Positions 9,431 through 19,811 of a DNA stretch of 64,000 nt are shown here, in pieces. Location of the stretch: positions 1,595,077 through 1,659,076 of the forward strand of contig NZ_CP179930.1 of the NCBI RefSeq assembly GCF_047495495.1, read 5' to 3'. The translations under genes and the position numbers were made by a program. Numbering within the stretch: the first letter of the stretch is position 1; every line of letters starts with the position of its first letter. The notes under the pieces are model-generated. The model was not told where the DNA came from. It was given only the letters and a program-made list of their open reading frames with translations, and did not search any database. Origin of the DNA: Zymobacter sp. IVIA_12111.31 C1 (GTDB taxonomy: Bacteria; Pseudomonadota; Gammaproteobacteria; Pseudomonadales; Halomonadaceae).

Positions 9431-11010
9431 CGACAGCCACCGACTTCGACCCGCGCCTGTTGATGGTGCAAGGCACGACGTCAGATGCAGGCAAGAGCGC
9501 ACTGATCACCGCACTGTGTCGTTTACTTGCGCGCCAAGGCCATGCTGTGGCCCCCTTCAAGTCGCAAAACATGGCACTCAACAGCGCCGTTAGTGTGGAA
9601 GGCGGTGAAATCGGTCGCGCGCAGGCCGTGCAGGCACTGGCATGCGGCCTCGCTCCCTCGGTCCGCTTCAATCCCATTCTGCTCAAACCCACCGGGGAAC
9701 GCTGCTCGCAGGTCATCGTGGACGGTCAACCGATCAGCCATATGAGCGCGCGCGATTACCATGCACTCAAACCACGACTGCGCCAGCAGGTCGTCGACCG
9801 CCTGCAACAGCTGGCCGACGATATGAAGTTCGTGATGATCGAGGGAGCGGGAAGCCCAGCAGAAATCAATCTACGCCAGCACGATCTGGTCAACATGGGG
9901 CTGGCCCTTCCGGCCCGCGCGCCGGTCATTCTGATCGCCGATATCGATCGCGGTGGCGTGTTCGCGCACCTAGTCGGCACACTAGAACTGCTAAGCGCCC
10001 AAGAACGACAGCAAGTGATCGGGCTGGTTATTAATCGCTTTCGAGGCGACCCCGCCTTGCTGCAGCCCGGTATCGACTGGCTGGAGGCGCGCACCGGGCT
10101 GCCTGTGCTGGCCGTTATTCCATGGATTGAGCGGCTATACCTTGATGCCGAAGACAGCCTGTCATCGGGCCAATCCTCGACCGCGCAATCCTCAGCCCCC
10201 GCCAACATCCACGTCACGGTCATCCAGCTGCCCGGTATCAGCAACCAGACCGACATTGACGCGCTGCGCCTGCACCCCGATGTTGCTCTGACACTTGCCC
10301 GTACGCCTGCCGAGGCCGGTCCTAGCGACCTGTGCATCCTTCCCGGCAGCAAGCGCACCCTCGACGACCTTGACTGGCTACGCCAACAAGGCTGGCCAGC
10401 GTGGCTGACGCGCCACCTACGCTATGGCGGCAAGGTGCTGGGTATTTGTGGGGGGTACCAGATGTTGGGGACCTGGCTCGAAGACCCCGACGGGCACGAC
10501 AGCCCTCGCCGCCCAGAGCGAGCCGCACGCGTTGCCGGGCTGGGCTGGCTCAGCCACACCACACGCTACACCGCACACAAGACGCTGCGCCAGAGCAAGT
10601 GTCGCGGCAGCTTTACGGGAGAGCTATCGCTAACGCTGTCGGGTTACGAAATTCACATGGGAAGCAGTACGCCACCCGATGCTAATCACGGGGAAACACC
10701 GCTGGCCATGCGCGCGGAGGCAGAACACGCTCCGGAAGGCTGCCGCTCAGCGGATGGTCACATCATCGGTACCTATCTACACGGCTTACTAGACAATGCG
10801 GAGGCGCTCGACGACCTGCTGCGCTGGGTAATGCCATCTCGCAAAAAGCACGAAGAAGCACCCTTCGATATGGCAACGTTTCGACTGAAGGAAATGGATC
10901 GATTGGCGGAGGGTGTGGCGCGTGCGCTGCGCTTCGAGCGCTGGCCGGATGGCCCGCTAAAAGAGGCGCTGCGCACAGCGGCGGACACCATCAAAGGCAG
11001 GCAGAACTAA
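9427..11010 (+). CDS. cobQ: Cobyric acid synthase (CobQ/CbiP)
   Basis: N-terminal motif GTTSDAGKS; C-terminal GATase-1 domain (GICGGYQMLG); ATGA overlap with the cobN stop. Confidence 0.9.
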   Translation: MTTATDFDPRLLMVQGTTSDAGKSALITALCRLLARQGHAVAPFKSQNMALNSAVSVEGGEIGRAQAVQALACGLAPSVRFNPILLKPTGERCSQVIVDGQPISHMSARDYHALKPRLRQQVVDRLQQLADDMKFVMIEGAGSPAEINLRQHDLVNMGLALPARAPVILIADIDRGGVFAHLVGTLELLSAQERQQVIGLVINRFRGDPALLQPGIDWLEARTGLPVLAVIPWIERLYLDAEDSLSSGQSSTAQSSAPANIHVTVIQLPGISNQTDIDALRLHPDVALTLARTPAEAGPSDLCILPGSKRTLDDLDWLRQQGWPAWLTRHLRYGGKVLGICGGYQMLGTWLEDPDGHDSPRRPERAARVAGLGWLSHTTRYTAHKTLRQSKCRGSFTGELSLTLSGYEIHMGSSTPPDANHGETPLAMRAEAEHAPEGCRSADGHIIGTYLHGLLDNAEALDDLLRWVMPSRKKHEEAPFDMATFRLKEMDRLAEGVARALRFERWPDGPLKEALRTAADTIKGRQN

Positions 11011-11092
11011 CGAAGGCTAGCAGGCAGAAAGAAAAACGATTGAGGCGGCACGAACGCTATACCGCCTCGCATAACATCGGGTGATGCCGTGT

Positions 11093-11659
11093 TCAGGAGG
11101 AACGCATGCGCGCATCGCGCCCCGACGTTGCAGAACGCTGCTGCGCCTCGGCGTTCACTAAGCACGACTGAATGGCGTTGGTCTTTTCTACCAGCGCACT
11201 GTGCAGCGCTTTCGGCTGCTGATGATCCCAGGCAGGCACCGGTGTCCACATTTCTTGCCCCTGCGCATCGCGATGCGGCTGCCCCAGCTGATCGAACAGG
11301 TAGTAGTTCTGATCTTTCAGGCGCTGCAGAGACAGACGGTAATGCACGGTCTGTCCATCGACGTCCAGCTCGCCGGGGCGCTGCCAGACTGACGCTTCCG
11401 GCTGCACGATATCCGTGGCCGGCTCACTACTGGCCGGTACGACATTGCTCAACAGACAATCACGCAGCGCCAGATCGTTCACGCGAGTAGCATCGCGACG
11501 CATGGTGATGATGTCGACGACATTGCCCTGCGCCGTGCGCACGACATTGATGCCCGGCGCCACTTCAATCGAATGTGAAATGACATGTGGCAATGTCGAG
11601 GCACACCCAGCCAACAGTGCGCACCCGACAATACTTCCCATCCAGCGAATCCCAGCCAT
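11093..11659 (-). CDS. Putative lipoprotein (hypothetical)
   Basis: N-terminal signal peptide with lipobox LLAGC; no recognisable catalytic motifs. Confidence 0.45.
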   Translation of the reverse strand: MAGIRWMGSIVGCALLAGCASTLPHVISHSIEVAPGINVVRTAQGNVVDIITMRRDATRVNDLALRDCLLSNVVPASSEPATDIVQPEASVWQRPGELDVDGQTVHYRLSLQRLKDQNYYLFDQLGQPHRDAQGQEMWTPVPAWDHQQPKALHSALVEKTNAIQSCLVNAEAQQRSATSGRDARMRSS

Positions 11660-11796
11660 GGTGTCACGACTCCTTGGTTATTCTTTATGCCGATGCGTTG
11701 GCATCGTGGGCAATCAGGCTACACATTCAATGCCATAGAGAATTCAGTATAGCCCGCCCCTCCAAAGTTGCCGCATGAGGGCAGCCCTGTGAATCG

Positions 11797-13407
11797 TCAC
11801 TTATCTTCCGTCATCACGCCTTCACGATGAACGCTATTCGTTGTGCCCGTTACGCCGTGTCGAGCCGGCGGCAGTACGCCCACGCACACCGAGAAGGAGG
11901 CCCGCGGCATGCTGCTCTGGTGGAAGACCAGCGTGTGATACTCAATGCGCTGGCGCAGCAATGCACTCAGCGACGGGTCAAGCTCCAGCACATTTGGCGC
12001 GCTACACGGCGAATTGGCCTCACCGACCCACATAGCGCCATCACGCGATAGCTGCTCGTCAGTCAGCCCTGGCGTGTAGATGTTCGGATAGGGCGAATGA
12101 TCAACCGGGGTCAGCGCCCGCACGGCAGCCGAGGGCCAACGTGTCGGTACGCGGGGATGATCAGGAGCGTAGATTCCCATCCAGTCACCCATCCGGCTTC
12201 CTCCGGCATAGACCAGCGGCTGCTCATAGCGTTCCCGCCACCAGCTGTTGAGTGCGGCTGACAGTGCCGCCACGTGCTCGCGCGGTCGCTCCGAATACAT
12301 CGCCTGCCATGCCTTTGATGCGCCAAATCCACACAGCATTAGCACGGCCAAAACATAACTACAGTAGAGCGGCAACCGATAGCGTCCGCACTCGCCCGGC
12401 ACCATGCACATCACCACAGCTAACCCTAGCGGCACAGCAAACGGCATCATCCATTCTGTGCGCACGCCTCCACGCAATGCGAAGTAGCCCCCCAATAACA
12501 CGACCGGCACCACCGCCATGATCACGAATGCCTGTGTTTCGGGTCGCTCAGGCATCTTCCAGCGCCAGCGGGCCAGCAGCAGTATGCCTACCATCAACAG
12601 CGCATTGTAGAAGACGGCCAGGTAGACCCGCACAACGTCCCATGCACTATTACCGCCCACCCGCGTACTGAACCAACGGAAGGCGGCATAGTCATGCTGA
12701 GAAAGCCAATACAGGTTAGGCGCGATCAGCGCCAGTCCTACCAGCACACCACCCCATAGCCAAGGCTGAGTCAGCGTGGCCCTGAGTCGCCCTTGCACAA
12801 GGACGATCGCAAGCATAAACGGCAGATACAACACGGTGGTGTATTTAGCCATACCGGCTAAAGCCATGACGGCGCCCAGCATCAGCCAGTAACGCCCATC
12901 GTCATACAGTGCACGAATAAAGCCGTACCACATCCACGGCCACAGCATCATCAACAGGTAATTGTCGTTGTACGGCAACATATCGATGCTGATGGTGGCG
13001 GAAAAGCTCATCATCAGTACCGCTAACACGGCACGGCGGGTATCAGGGATGAGCCGTTCACACAGTTTCCAGCAGCCCCACGCGCCTATTACTACCGCTA
13101 CAACATGGCTGGCATACCAGAACGCAGGCCATGACAGCGGCCAGAAGCGCCCCAGCGCCGCCACGCTGCCTACGAGCCAAGGGTTCTTGGGCGATCCGGC
13201 TTCCAGCCCTTGTCCCCAGTGCCACGCTTCCACCGCGTCATAAGGCACGATGGGCGACAGCAGTACGGTCAACAGGATCCACAGCGCACCGTAGATCCCG
13301 ATAACCCGCGCCACGGTACGCCAGGGTGATTCGGTATCGAGCAGCGTCAGCTCATCATGAATATCCGCCGGAGGCGTTTGGGCCGTTCTTGAATCGGGCA
13401 TCGTCAC
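11797..13407 (-). CDS. Polytopic membrane protein, probably a GT-C fold glycosyltransferase (ArnT/PMT-like, GT39/GT83-like) with a C-terminal soluble domain
   Basis: Short cytoplasmic N-terminus, many predicted TM helices, periplasmic-loop acidic motif YDAVEAW, about 150-aa C-terminal soluble domain; same topology as ArnT-type transferases. Confidence 0.5.
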   Translation of the reverse strand: MTMPDSRTAQTPPADIHDELTLLDTESPWRTVARVIGIYGALWILLTVLLSPIVPYDAVEAWHWGQGLEAGSPKNPWLVGSVAALGRFWPLSWPAFWYASHVVAVVIGAWGCWKLCERLIPDTRRAVLAVLMMSFSATISIDMLPYNDNYLLMMLWPWMWYGFIRALYDDGRYWLMLGAVMALAGMAKYTTVLYLPFMLAIVLVQGRLRATLTQPWLWGGVLVGLALIAPNLYWLSQHDYAAFRWFSTRVGGNSAWDVVRVYLAVFYNALLMVGILLLARWRWKMPERPETQAFVIMAVVPVVLLGGYFALRGGVRTEWMMPFAVPLGLAVVMCMVPGECGRYRLPLYCSYVLAVLMLCGFGASKAWQAMYSERPREHVAALSAALNSWWRERYEQPLVYAGGSRMGDWMGIYAPDHPRVPTRWPSAAVRALTPVDHSPYPNIYTPGLTDEQLSRDGAMWVGEANSPCSAPNVLELDPSLSALLRQRIEYHTLVFHQSSMPRASFSVCVGVLPPARHGVTGTTNSVHREGVMTEDK

Positions 13408-13589
13408 GTTTCGTCCTCACTACATGTACAGCACACGGGGGCCGCCACTTCTATACGGTGTCCTAACGCGCTAGGTACGTCACACAATAGACATCCCTGC
13501 ACCTGGAACCTTCCAGCGTAGACATTGCACTGGCGTTTGGCTGGCTTTTTGCCCATCATGACAACACTTCAATATTCACAGGGAGTTAA

Positions 13590-14111
13590 GTGATGTCCAC
13601 GAAGACCAGTCCCGACAGCCTTCTGCAACACTACAAGCACTGGCAACGCTTTCTGCGCCAAGATCGTCTTGACCGCGAACACAAAGGCGCAGTGCAAAAA
13701 ATGGCCGCGGCCGGCGTCAGTGCCAATAAGGTCGTCGAGGCCTACCGCAGCATGGCCACGCGCGGCGCAACGGAAGGCGCGTGCTACCGCACCTTGTTCG
13801 ATCGCCGCTACGACGATCAGACCACACTGGCCTGCGAAGGTTGGCTGTTCATTCGCCGCATCATTCAGGAAGGTGGTTCGACACGCGTACGCGCCAGTCT
13901 GGTGGAGTCCTTCACCCTTACAGACGGAATCATCACGCCGGAACAGATGGCACCTCAGGACGTTACGCTGGAGCTATTCGATGAAATCGCCGTCGACCGC
14001 GGCATGGCCGTCAGCTGCCGCGTTGACCGCCGCGATGACGACGCCGACAGTCGCTTTGTGACCTTTACCGATGCTGTCCGCAACTACCGTACGCTGCTGA
14101 ACAAAGATTGA
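13590..14111 (+). CDS. Hypothetical protein; 3-bp gap to ansA, probably co-transcribed
   Basis: Clean 173-aa ORF with typical codon usage; no motif I recognise. Confidence 0.4.
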   Translation: MMSTKTSPDSLLQHYKHWQRFLRQDRLDREHKGAVQKMAAAGVSANKVVEAYRSMATRGATEGACYRTLFDRRYDDQTTLACEGWLFIRRIIQEGGSTRVRASLVESFTLTDGIITPEQMAPQDVTLELFDEIAVDRGMAVSCRVDRRDDDADSRFVTFTDAVRNYRTLLNKD

Positions 14112-14114
14112 ACC

Positions 14115-15131
14115 ATGACGCGTAGACTGCTGATTCTCTATACCGGAGGCACGCTGGGCATGGTGCCTAGCCCTGACGGGCTGGTGCCGGGTCACCAACT
14201 GGATGAACGCCTTCGCACACAGCTGGCATGCCTGCCCCACCCGCGCCGGAGTGCCCTGCCCGAGTGGCAGCTGGAGGCAACAGGCACCCCTATCGACTCC
14301 AGCAGTGCCACGCCACACGACTGGCTGCGCCTCGTCACTCAGATACGCGATCACGCCCATGACGATGACCTGAGCGGCATTGTCGTGCTGCACGGCACGG
14401 ATACCATGGCGTGGTGCAGCGCCATGCTGAGCGTCTGGCTGGGCGATACATGCCGCTGCCCTGTGGTCGTGACCGGCGCGCAGCTGCCGCTAGAAACCGA
14501 TGGCAGCGATGCCGCGCACAATATCGAGCTGGCCATGCGCTATGCCGCTGCCCCCAACGCACAGGGCGTGATGCTGGCCTTCGGCGGACGACTACTGCAG
14601 GGCGATGCCGCGCGCAAGTGGTATACCGAAGATCATCAAGGTTTCGAAACACCCAACGCTCCGTTGCTCGCCTACTGGCCTATCAACCAGCGTGACGATC
14701 ATCCACTGCCCGCACTGCATCACTTGCCGCTGCCTAATAATGATGCCCGCCAGCGAGTAATGAGGGCGCTGCATATTGCGGCAGCCCCACTTGCTGTGCC
14801 GGAAACACTGCCGCGGCTTGCACGCATCGTACTCTGGCCAGGCATTGCGGCGACACAGGTGAGCGCACAACTGGCGCTCGCCGATGTGGCCGTGCTGGAA
14901 GTCTGGGGAAGCGGCAACCTGCCCGATGACACCGATCTACATCAGGTACTGGAACAGGCGGCCCGTCAGGGCAAGCGCCTGATCGCCATCAGTCAGTGCC
15001 CTCATGGCAGCACTCATATTGGGGTATACGCGGCGGGCAAGGCACTGAAAGATGCGGGCATCATCGAAGGTGAAACGCTGACGCCCGAACTGGCCTCAGC
15101 GCTGCTGCTTGCCTCATCCGCACAGGGGTGA
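14115..15131 (+). CDS. ansA: L-asparaginase, type I (cytoplasmic)
   Basis: N-terminal ILYTGGTLGM threonine-containing active-site motif and HGTDTM motif of asparaginases. Confidence 0.85.
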   Translation: MTRRLLILYTGGTLGMVPSPDGLVPGHQLDERLRTQLACLPHPRRSALPEWQLEATGTPIDSSSATPHDWLRLVTQIRDHAHDDDLSGIVVLHGTDTMAWCSAMLSVWLGDTCRCPVVVTGAQLPLETDGSDAAHNIELAMRYAAAPNAQGVMLAFGGRLLQGDAARKWYTEDHQGFETPNAPLLAYWPINQRDDHPLPALHHLPLPNNDARQRVMRALHIAAAPLAVPETLPRLARIVLWPGIAATQVSAQLALADVAVLEVWGSGNLPDDTDLHQVLEQAARQGKRLIAISQCPHGSTHIGVYAAGKALKDAGIIEGETLTPELASALLLASSAQG

Positions 15132-15305
15132 CATAAACGTCATTGCAGCCATCAACACTGCGCTGCAATGACGCGTCACGACAGTAACGATCGCCATGCC
15201 TTTCGCCGCCATCACGCACAGCGTTCATGGATATATCCCATCACGCCCTCGACACCGCGTGAGGAATGGTGCCGCTCATTCAACCGAACAAGAAGAGAAC
15301 GCAAG

Positions 15306-15941
15306 ATGACACTACACACGTGGTGGATGTTCATTGGTGCTGTATTTCTACTGTCGGCCATCCCGGGTCCCAACATGCTGCTGATTCTCTCACGCAGTAT
15401 AGAAGCGGGCTTTACCCGCAGCATTGCCGCAATGATGGGCAGCCTGTCTGCCGTTATTATCGTTCTGCTGGCGGCCATGGCCGGGCTGACAACCCTCTTC
15501 ATGGCAATCCCCGGCGCATTCGAAACGCTTCGCTATGTGGGCGTGGCCTATCTGTTCTACCTCGGCCTTAAGGCATGGCGTACCGCCCCAGCAGCAACTG
15601 ATGGCGAAGACCCACTGCATGCAGCCAAGGCGGTGCAGTCGCTACCGCGCCTGTTCCGCAGCGGGTTCGTCACCAGCATCAGCAATCCCAAGCTGATTCT
15701 GTTTACCGCCGCCTTCTTCCCTCAGTTCATCGCACCGGAACAGCCTCAGCTGCCCCAGTTCGCGATCCTGATCACCACTTTTGCGGTTATCGAAACCTTC
15801 TGGTATTTCATGTATGCGCTGGGGGGCCGCACACTGGCCAGCTACCTGCGCCGCCCAACCATTAAGACACTGTTCAACCGTGCCACGGGGATCATTTTCT
15901 GGGGGTTCGGTGTGATGCTGCTGCGCGTCAGCGCAAAATAG
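15306..15941 (+). CDS. LysE/RhtB-family amino-acid exporter. Start moved to the Met of MTLHTWWMF; the track ORF begins upstream at 15168
   Basis: About 210 aa, 6 TM segments, LysE/RhtB-type N-terminal sequence (FLLSAIPGPNMLLIL). Confidence 0.75.
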   Translation: MTLHTWWMFIGAVFLLSAIPGPNMLLILSRSIEAGFTRSIAAMMGSLSAVIIVLLAAMAGLTTLFMAIPGAFETLRYVGVAYLFYLGLKAWRTAPAATDGEDPLHAAKAVQSLPRLFRSGFVTSISNPKLILFTAAFFPQFIAPEQPQLPQFAILITTFAVIETFWYFMYALGGRTLASYLRRPTIKTLFNRATGIIFWGFGVMLLRVSAK

Positions 15942-15997
15942 CGCGCTGCCAAACGCTGTCACCCTGCGCGTTCGTCTCTGCAGACTTGTATACACGA

Positions 15998-16031
15998 AAG
16001 GCCTCTATTCCATTACGAATAGAGGCCTTTC
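15998..16031. terminator. Candidate bidirectional hairpin terminator between convergent LysE-family and LysR-family genes
   Basis: Near-perfect inverted repeat aaaggcctctattc...gaatagaggccttt; weak U-tracts. Confidence 0.4.
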
Positions 16032-16061
16032 CATTATGCACACCACTGCCAGACAGGGTGC

Positions 16062-16997
16062 CTACAGCGTCCCCATCTCGTTGGCTGTCGGCGGTAGGTT
16101 CTCAGGCTGGCTGTAGAGTGTCGTACGGCGTGCATCACGGTAATCGTTCAGCAGCTGCTCATAGCGCTTCGGCAGATCGATATCCTGTCGCGTGACCAGA
16201 TACAGCTCCTCGTACACGCTGCGCGGCAGGATCAGTTCACGTACCTGACGCTGCCACGGCGAACTTTCCAAAATCGTTGTCGGCACCACCGTGAAGCCCA
16301 TGCCACGCGCGACGGGGTCAAGCACCTGCGTAACTTCGCTGATATAGCCCTTCTGAGGAATGCTGTTCATCGAGCGAAATTCACCGGGGAAGTTTTCACG
16401 CAGCAGCTGGTTGGCATGACTTACGCCATCGAAATAGTTGATGAAGCCCAGCATCTGCAGCTCACCGAGCGAGCTGCCGTGGAAATCGGCAGGCACCACC
16501 AGACTAAGCGGCTCGTGGTGCCATAGCTCGGAGCGCAGCTCGCTGTGACGCGACGTTTCGGTCACGATACCCAAGTCGTAGCGGCCCGCTTCAACATCCT
16601 TGATGATGTCACTGCTGTAGGCAAAGCGATAGTGGATCGACAGCCCTAAGTGAAGCTGCTGATAGCCCAGCACAAACGGATAGAACATCACCCCGACACT
16701 GGCAGGACTGGCGATACGGCACTCACCGCTGTGCTCGGCATCGTTGTCGAGCGAGTGGCGGAACTGCTCATGTTCGGTGAAAAGCTTCAGCGCATAGTCA
16801 TAGGCCCGTCGCCCTGCTTCCGTCAGCGCAAAGCGGCGCCCCTGGCGATGCAGCAGCTCGTGGCCCAGATAGTGTTCGAGCTTTCGAACGTGCTGGCTGA
16901 CGCCCGGCTGCGTCATATCCAATCGTCGAGCGGTCTGAGTGAAACTGCCGGTTTCCACCAGAGTGATGAAGGTACGGAAATACAGTGCATTGAACAT
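16062..16997 (-). CDS. LysR-family transcriptional regulator. Start at the Met of MFNALYFRTF; the track ORF extends to 17111
   Basis: N-terminal HTH (FITLVETGSFTQTARRLDMTQPGVSQHVRKLE) followed by a LysR substrate-binding domain. Confidence 0.85.
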   Translation of the reverse strand: MFNALYFRTFITLVETGSFTQTARRLDMTQPGVSQHVRKLEHYLGHELLHRQGRRFALTEAGRRAYDYALKLFTEHEQFRHSLDNDAEHSGECRIASPASVGVMFYPFVLGYQQLHLGLSIHYRFAYSSDIIKDVEAGRYDLGIVTETSRHSELRSELWHHEPLSLVVPADFHGSSLGELQMLGFINYFDGVSHANQLLRENFPGEFRSMNSIPQKGYISEVTQVLDPVARGMGFTVVPTTILESSPWQRQVRELILPRSVYEELYLVTRQDIDLPKRYEQLLNDYRDARRTTLYSQPENLPPTANEMGTL

Positions 16998-17205
16998 GAG
17001 GCAGTGATGGTCCAGCTGAGGCCAGAAGAAAGGCGCTATCATAGCAAAGCTACACCGCTGTGGCATTGCGCCTTTGCCACCAGCGCATGATAGGATCGTC
17101 GCCAAGCGCACAGTGAACCGCTTTCGAGCGACACCGTTTCGGCATTCAATACAGCCCGTTAGCGTTGAAGACGCCGTCTCCTTTCACCCTCGTCACGGAT
17201 ATACC

Positions 17206-17493
17206 ATGTCAGACCCTTTCATCGCCCGCGGAGAAACACTGCGCCAACGCCTGCTCAATCGAGAGCTGAACGCTGACGATCACGAACTGTTTCCGCTAGG
17301 CTACTTGATTCCGCAGGTCGAGCTAGTACTCGACCGCGCCGAATACGACCCCGCCACCATTACCGCCGAGGCGTTCGATGCCACCTGCTGGCAGCTGATC
17401 GAATGCTCGATTGGTGAAGATGCGATGAGCGTTGATGACATTAATGCCATCACCGCCCTATGGACGTCGATCTGCGCCGATAACGCCGTATGA
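17206..17493 (+). CDS. Small acidic hypothetical protein (95 aa), divergent from the LysR gene
   Basis: ORF with internal ATG start at 17206; no recognised domain. Confidence 0.35.
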   Translation: MSDPFIARGETLRQRLLNRELNADDHELFPLGYLIPQVELVLDRAEYDPATITAEAFDATCWQLIECSIGEDAMSVDDINAITALWTSICADNAV

Positions 17494-17703
17494 TGCCCAC
17501 ATCCTCGGCCCACTGAATGGCTGCCGAGCGCTGTCCATAAGGAGCCTGAAGGCACGCAGCGCTTGATCCCTCTGGCAAGAATGCCGTAGTAAAGAGTAAG
17601 CATTTATCGCTGAGAGATGAGCTTGTCGACATTCTGGCCCTTTAAAAGGGAATCGACTATTTGTGTCTTCTTTCAACAGCCGTCTTCAATACGAGGAATT
17701 CTG

Positions 17704-19128
17704 ATGAGTAGTTCGTCCACTTCGGCGCGATCACTGCCCCACACGTCTACACACGAGGGTGCCGCCTACCCCACCGTATCGACCATGATCTCTCCCGAAG
17801 GCAGCCTTGAGGTCCTTTCCCAGTTCGAAGTGAACCGGCTGCGCGACACCTCATCGACAGGGCTTCATGAAACGCTGCGCTGCTGTGCATTGGCCATCCT
17901 GACCGCCGGGGCGCTGTCAGACAATGCCGCCAGCATGCAGGCCTGCTATCCCGACTTTGATATCGAGCTGCAGCAGGAAGATAAAGGGCTGCGCCTGAAG
18001 CTGGACAATGCTCCTGCAAACGCTTTCGTCGATGGTGAAATGATCCACGGCATACGGGAGCAGCTCTCGGCCATGCTGCGCGATCTGGCGTATGTTTCCA
18101 ATGAGCTAATTTCACAGGGCGTTGAGTCGATGGGTCCCAGCGAAGCCATCACCAATACGGTCTTCCAGATCCTGCGCAACGCCAATGCACTGAATGCTCA
18201 CCGTCCACCCAATATGGTGGTGTGCTGGGGCGGCCACTCGATCTCTCGCGTTGAATACGACTATTCCAAGGTCGTCGGCTACCGGCTGGGGCTGCGCAAG
18301 CGCGATATCTGCACCGGCTGTGGCCCAGGTGCCATGAAAGGCCCTATGAAAGGAGCCAATGTCGCACACGCAAAACAGCGCTACGACAACAGTCGTTACG
18401 TCGGCATTTCAGAACCCGGCATTATCGCGGCCGAATCACCGAACCCGATCGTCAACGAACTGATCATCATGCCGGATATCGAAAAGCGCCTCGAAGCTTT
18501 CGTGCGCCTTGGACACGGCATCATCGTCTTTCCGGGCGGCGTAGGCACCGCAGAGGAAATTCTGTATTTGCTGGGTATTCTGCTGCACCCCGCCAACCAG
18601 CACATTCCATTCCCGGTCATTCTGACCGGCCCAGAAGAAAGCGCTGACTACTTCCGTCAGTTGGACGACTTCATCGCCGTCACACTGGGTGAAACCGCAC
18701 AGCAGCGTTATCAGATCATCATCGACGACCCGGAAGCCGTCGCCAAGGCCATGCAGAAAGGGGTTGATGCCGTCGCACGGTTCCGTCACGAGAATCACGA
18801 CGCCTCTTACTTCAATTGGCGCCTGCATATTCCCTATGATTTCCAGCAGCCGTTCGAGCCAACGCACGAGGCGATGGCATCTCTTGCGCTGCACGCCAAC
18901 CAGCCCGTCCACGAATTGGCAGCCAATCTGCGCCGAGCGTTCTCGGGCATCGTAGCGGGCAACGTCAAGCCGAACAGCATGGCGGCCATTGCCGAAAGAG
19001 GTCGCTTCAAACTGCACGCAGCGCCGGACATCATGACGCATCTCGACGCACTGCTGAATGCCTTCGTTGAACAGCAACGCATGAAGCTGCCCGGCACCGC
19101 CTACGAACCGTGCTACACGCTGGCCTGA
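17704..19128 (+). CDS. ppnN: Nucleotide 5'-monophosphate nucleosidase PpnN (YgdH, LOG family)
   Basis: Strong resemblance along its length to E. coli PpnN, including MVVCWGGHSI, ICTGCGPGAM.PMKGA, LIIMPDIEKRLEAFVR, GGVGTAEE.LYLLGIL and the C-terminal RRAFSGIVAGNVK...KLPG motifs. Confidence 0.9.
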   Translation: MSSSSTSARSLPHTSTHEGAAYPTVSTMISPEGSLEVLSQFEVNRLRDTSSTGLHETLRCCALAILTAGALSDNAASMQACYPDFDIELQQEDKGLRLKLDNAPANAFVDGEMIHGIREQLSAMLRDLAYVSNELISQGVESMGPSEAITNTVFQILRNANALNAHRPPNMVVCWGGHSISRVEYDYSKVVGYRLGLRKRDICTGCGPGAMKGPMKGANVAHAKQRYDNSRYVGISEPGIIAAESPNPIVNELIIMPDIEKRLEAFVRLGHGIIVFPGGVGTAEEILYLLGILLHPANQHIPFPVILTGPEESADYFRQLDDFIAVTLGETAQQRYQIIIDDPEAVAKAMQKGVDAVARFRHENHDASYFNWRLHIPYDFQQPFEPTHEAMASLALHANQPVHELAANLRRAFSGIVAGNVKPNSMAAIAERGRFKLHAAPDIMTHLDALLNAFVEQQRMKLPGTAYEPCYTLA

Positions 19129-19811
19129 TCCTCGCAGAGTATCGCCCACGGCATGGCGCAGTATCACCGCGCCATGCCATGCATCCCCCCTAACCGCCCA
19201 GCTTCTGCCAAAAGCGTGTAGAGGCACCTGGCCTATTCCTACAGACCTTTTCCGCTGGCAGTGCCTCTCGATGAACGGCTAAAAAAGCCAGCCAGTCACC
19301 GTATACTTCGACAGCGCAATGGGGCAACCGTCTGCCCGCATTACGTGCTTCGCCATAACCGTACCTCATGTTCGATACTCACCGGTCGTCATTCACTCCC
19401 CCGTATCGTTGCCCCACCGATAAAGACAGCACTCAAAGAACTCGCTCTCACATTGCTCACCGAGGGGGCACTATGCGCTGTTATAAGAATGTTTCGTTCC
19501 GTTTAAATAAAAACACCCTCTCTTATTTACTTATGTAAACAGCGTTCACCAAGGTAATAACGTCTGAAAGTGTGCATCCAGCGAACCAATATGCACCATG
19601 GCAAAGCGTGCAATCCCCGCGATCTCACATCACGGCGCTTTATTGATCCAGCACCGATATAAGACTGCGATTTATTATCATTAATAAACACACCAATTAT
19701 TTGATTTTAAAAACAAAAATATAAAATGGACTCGGACTTGCCCTGTATGACGTACTGCCTCACGAATAATGTGCATGGCCATTATTCTCGGTGTGATTAT
19801 ATGGAGTCACT

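Noticed and set aside
19140-19190. 10-bp perfect inverted repeat ggcatggcgc...gcgccatgcc after ppnN as a terminator
   Set aside because: No T-tract follows on either strand. It may be a REP-like or regulatory palindrome, but evidence for an intrinsic terminator is insufficient.
19500-19810. Short low-GC stretch upstream of patD as a second island
   Set aside because: It is only about 300 bp and lies directly upstream of patD. It reads as an AT-rich promoter or regulatory region, not as acquired DNA.
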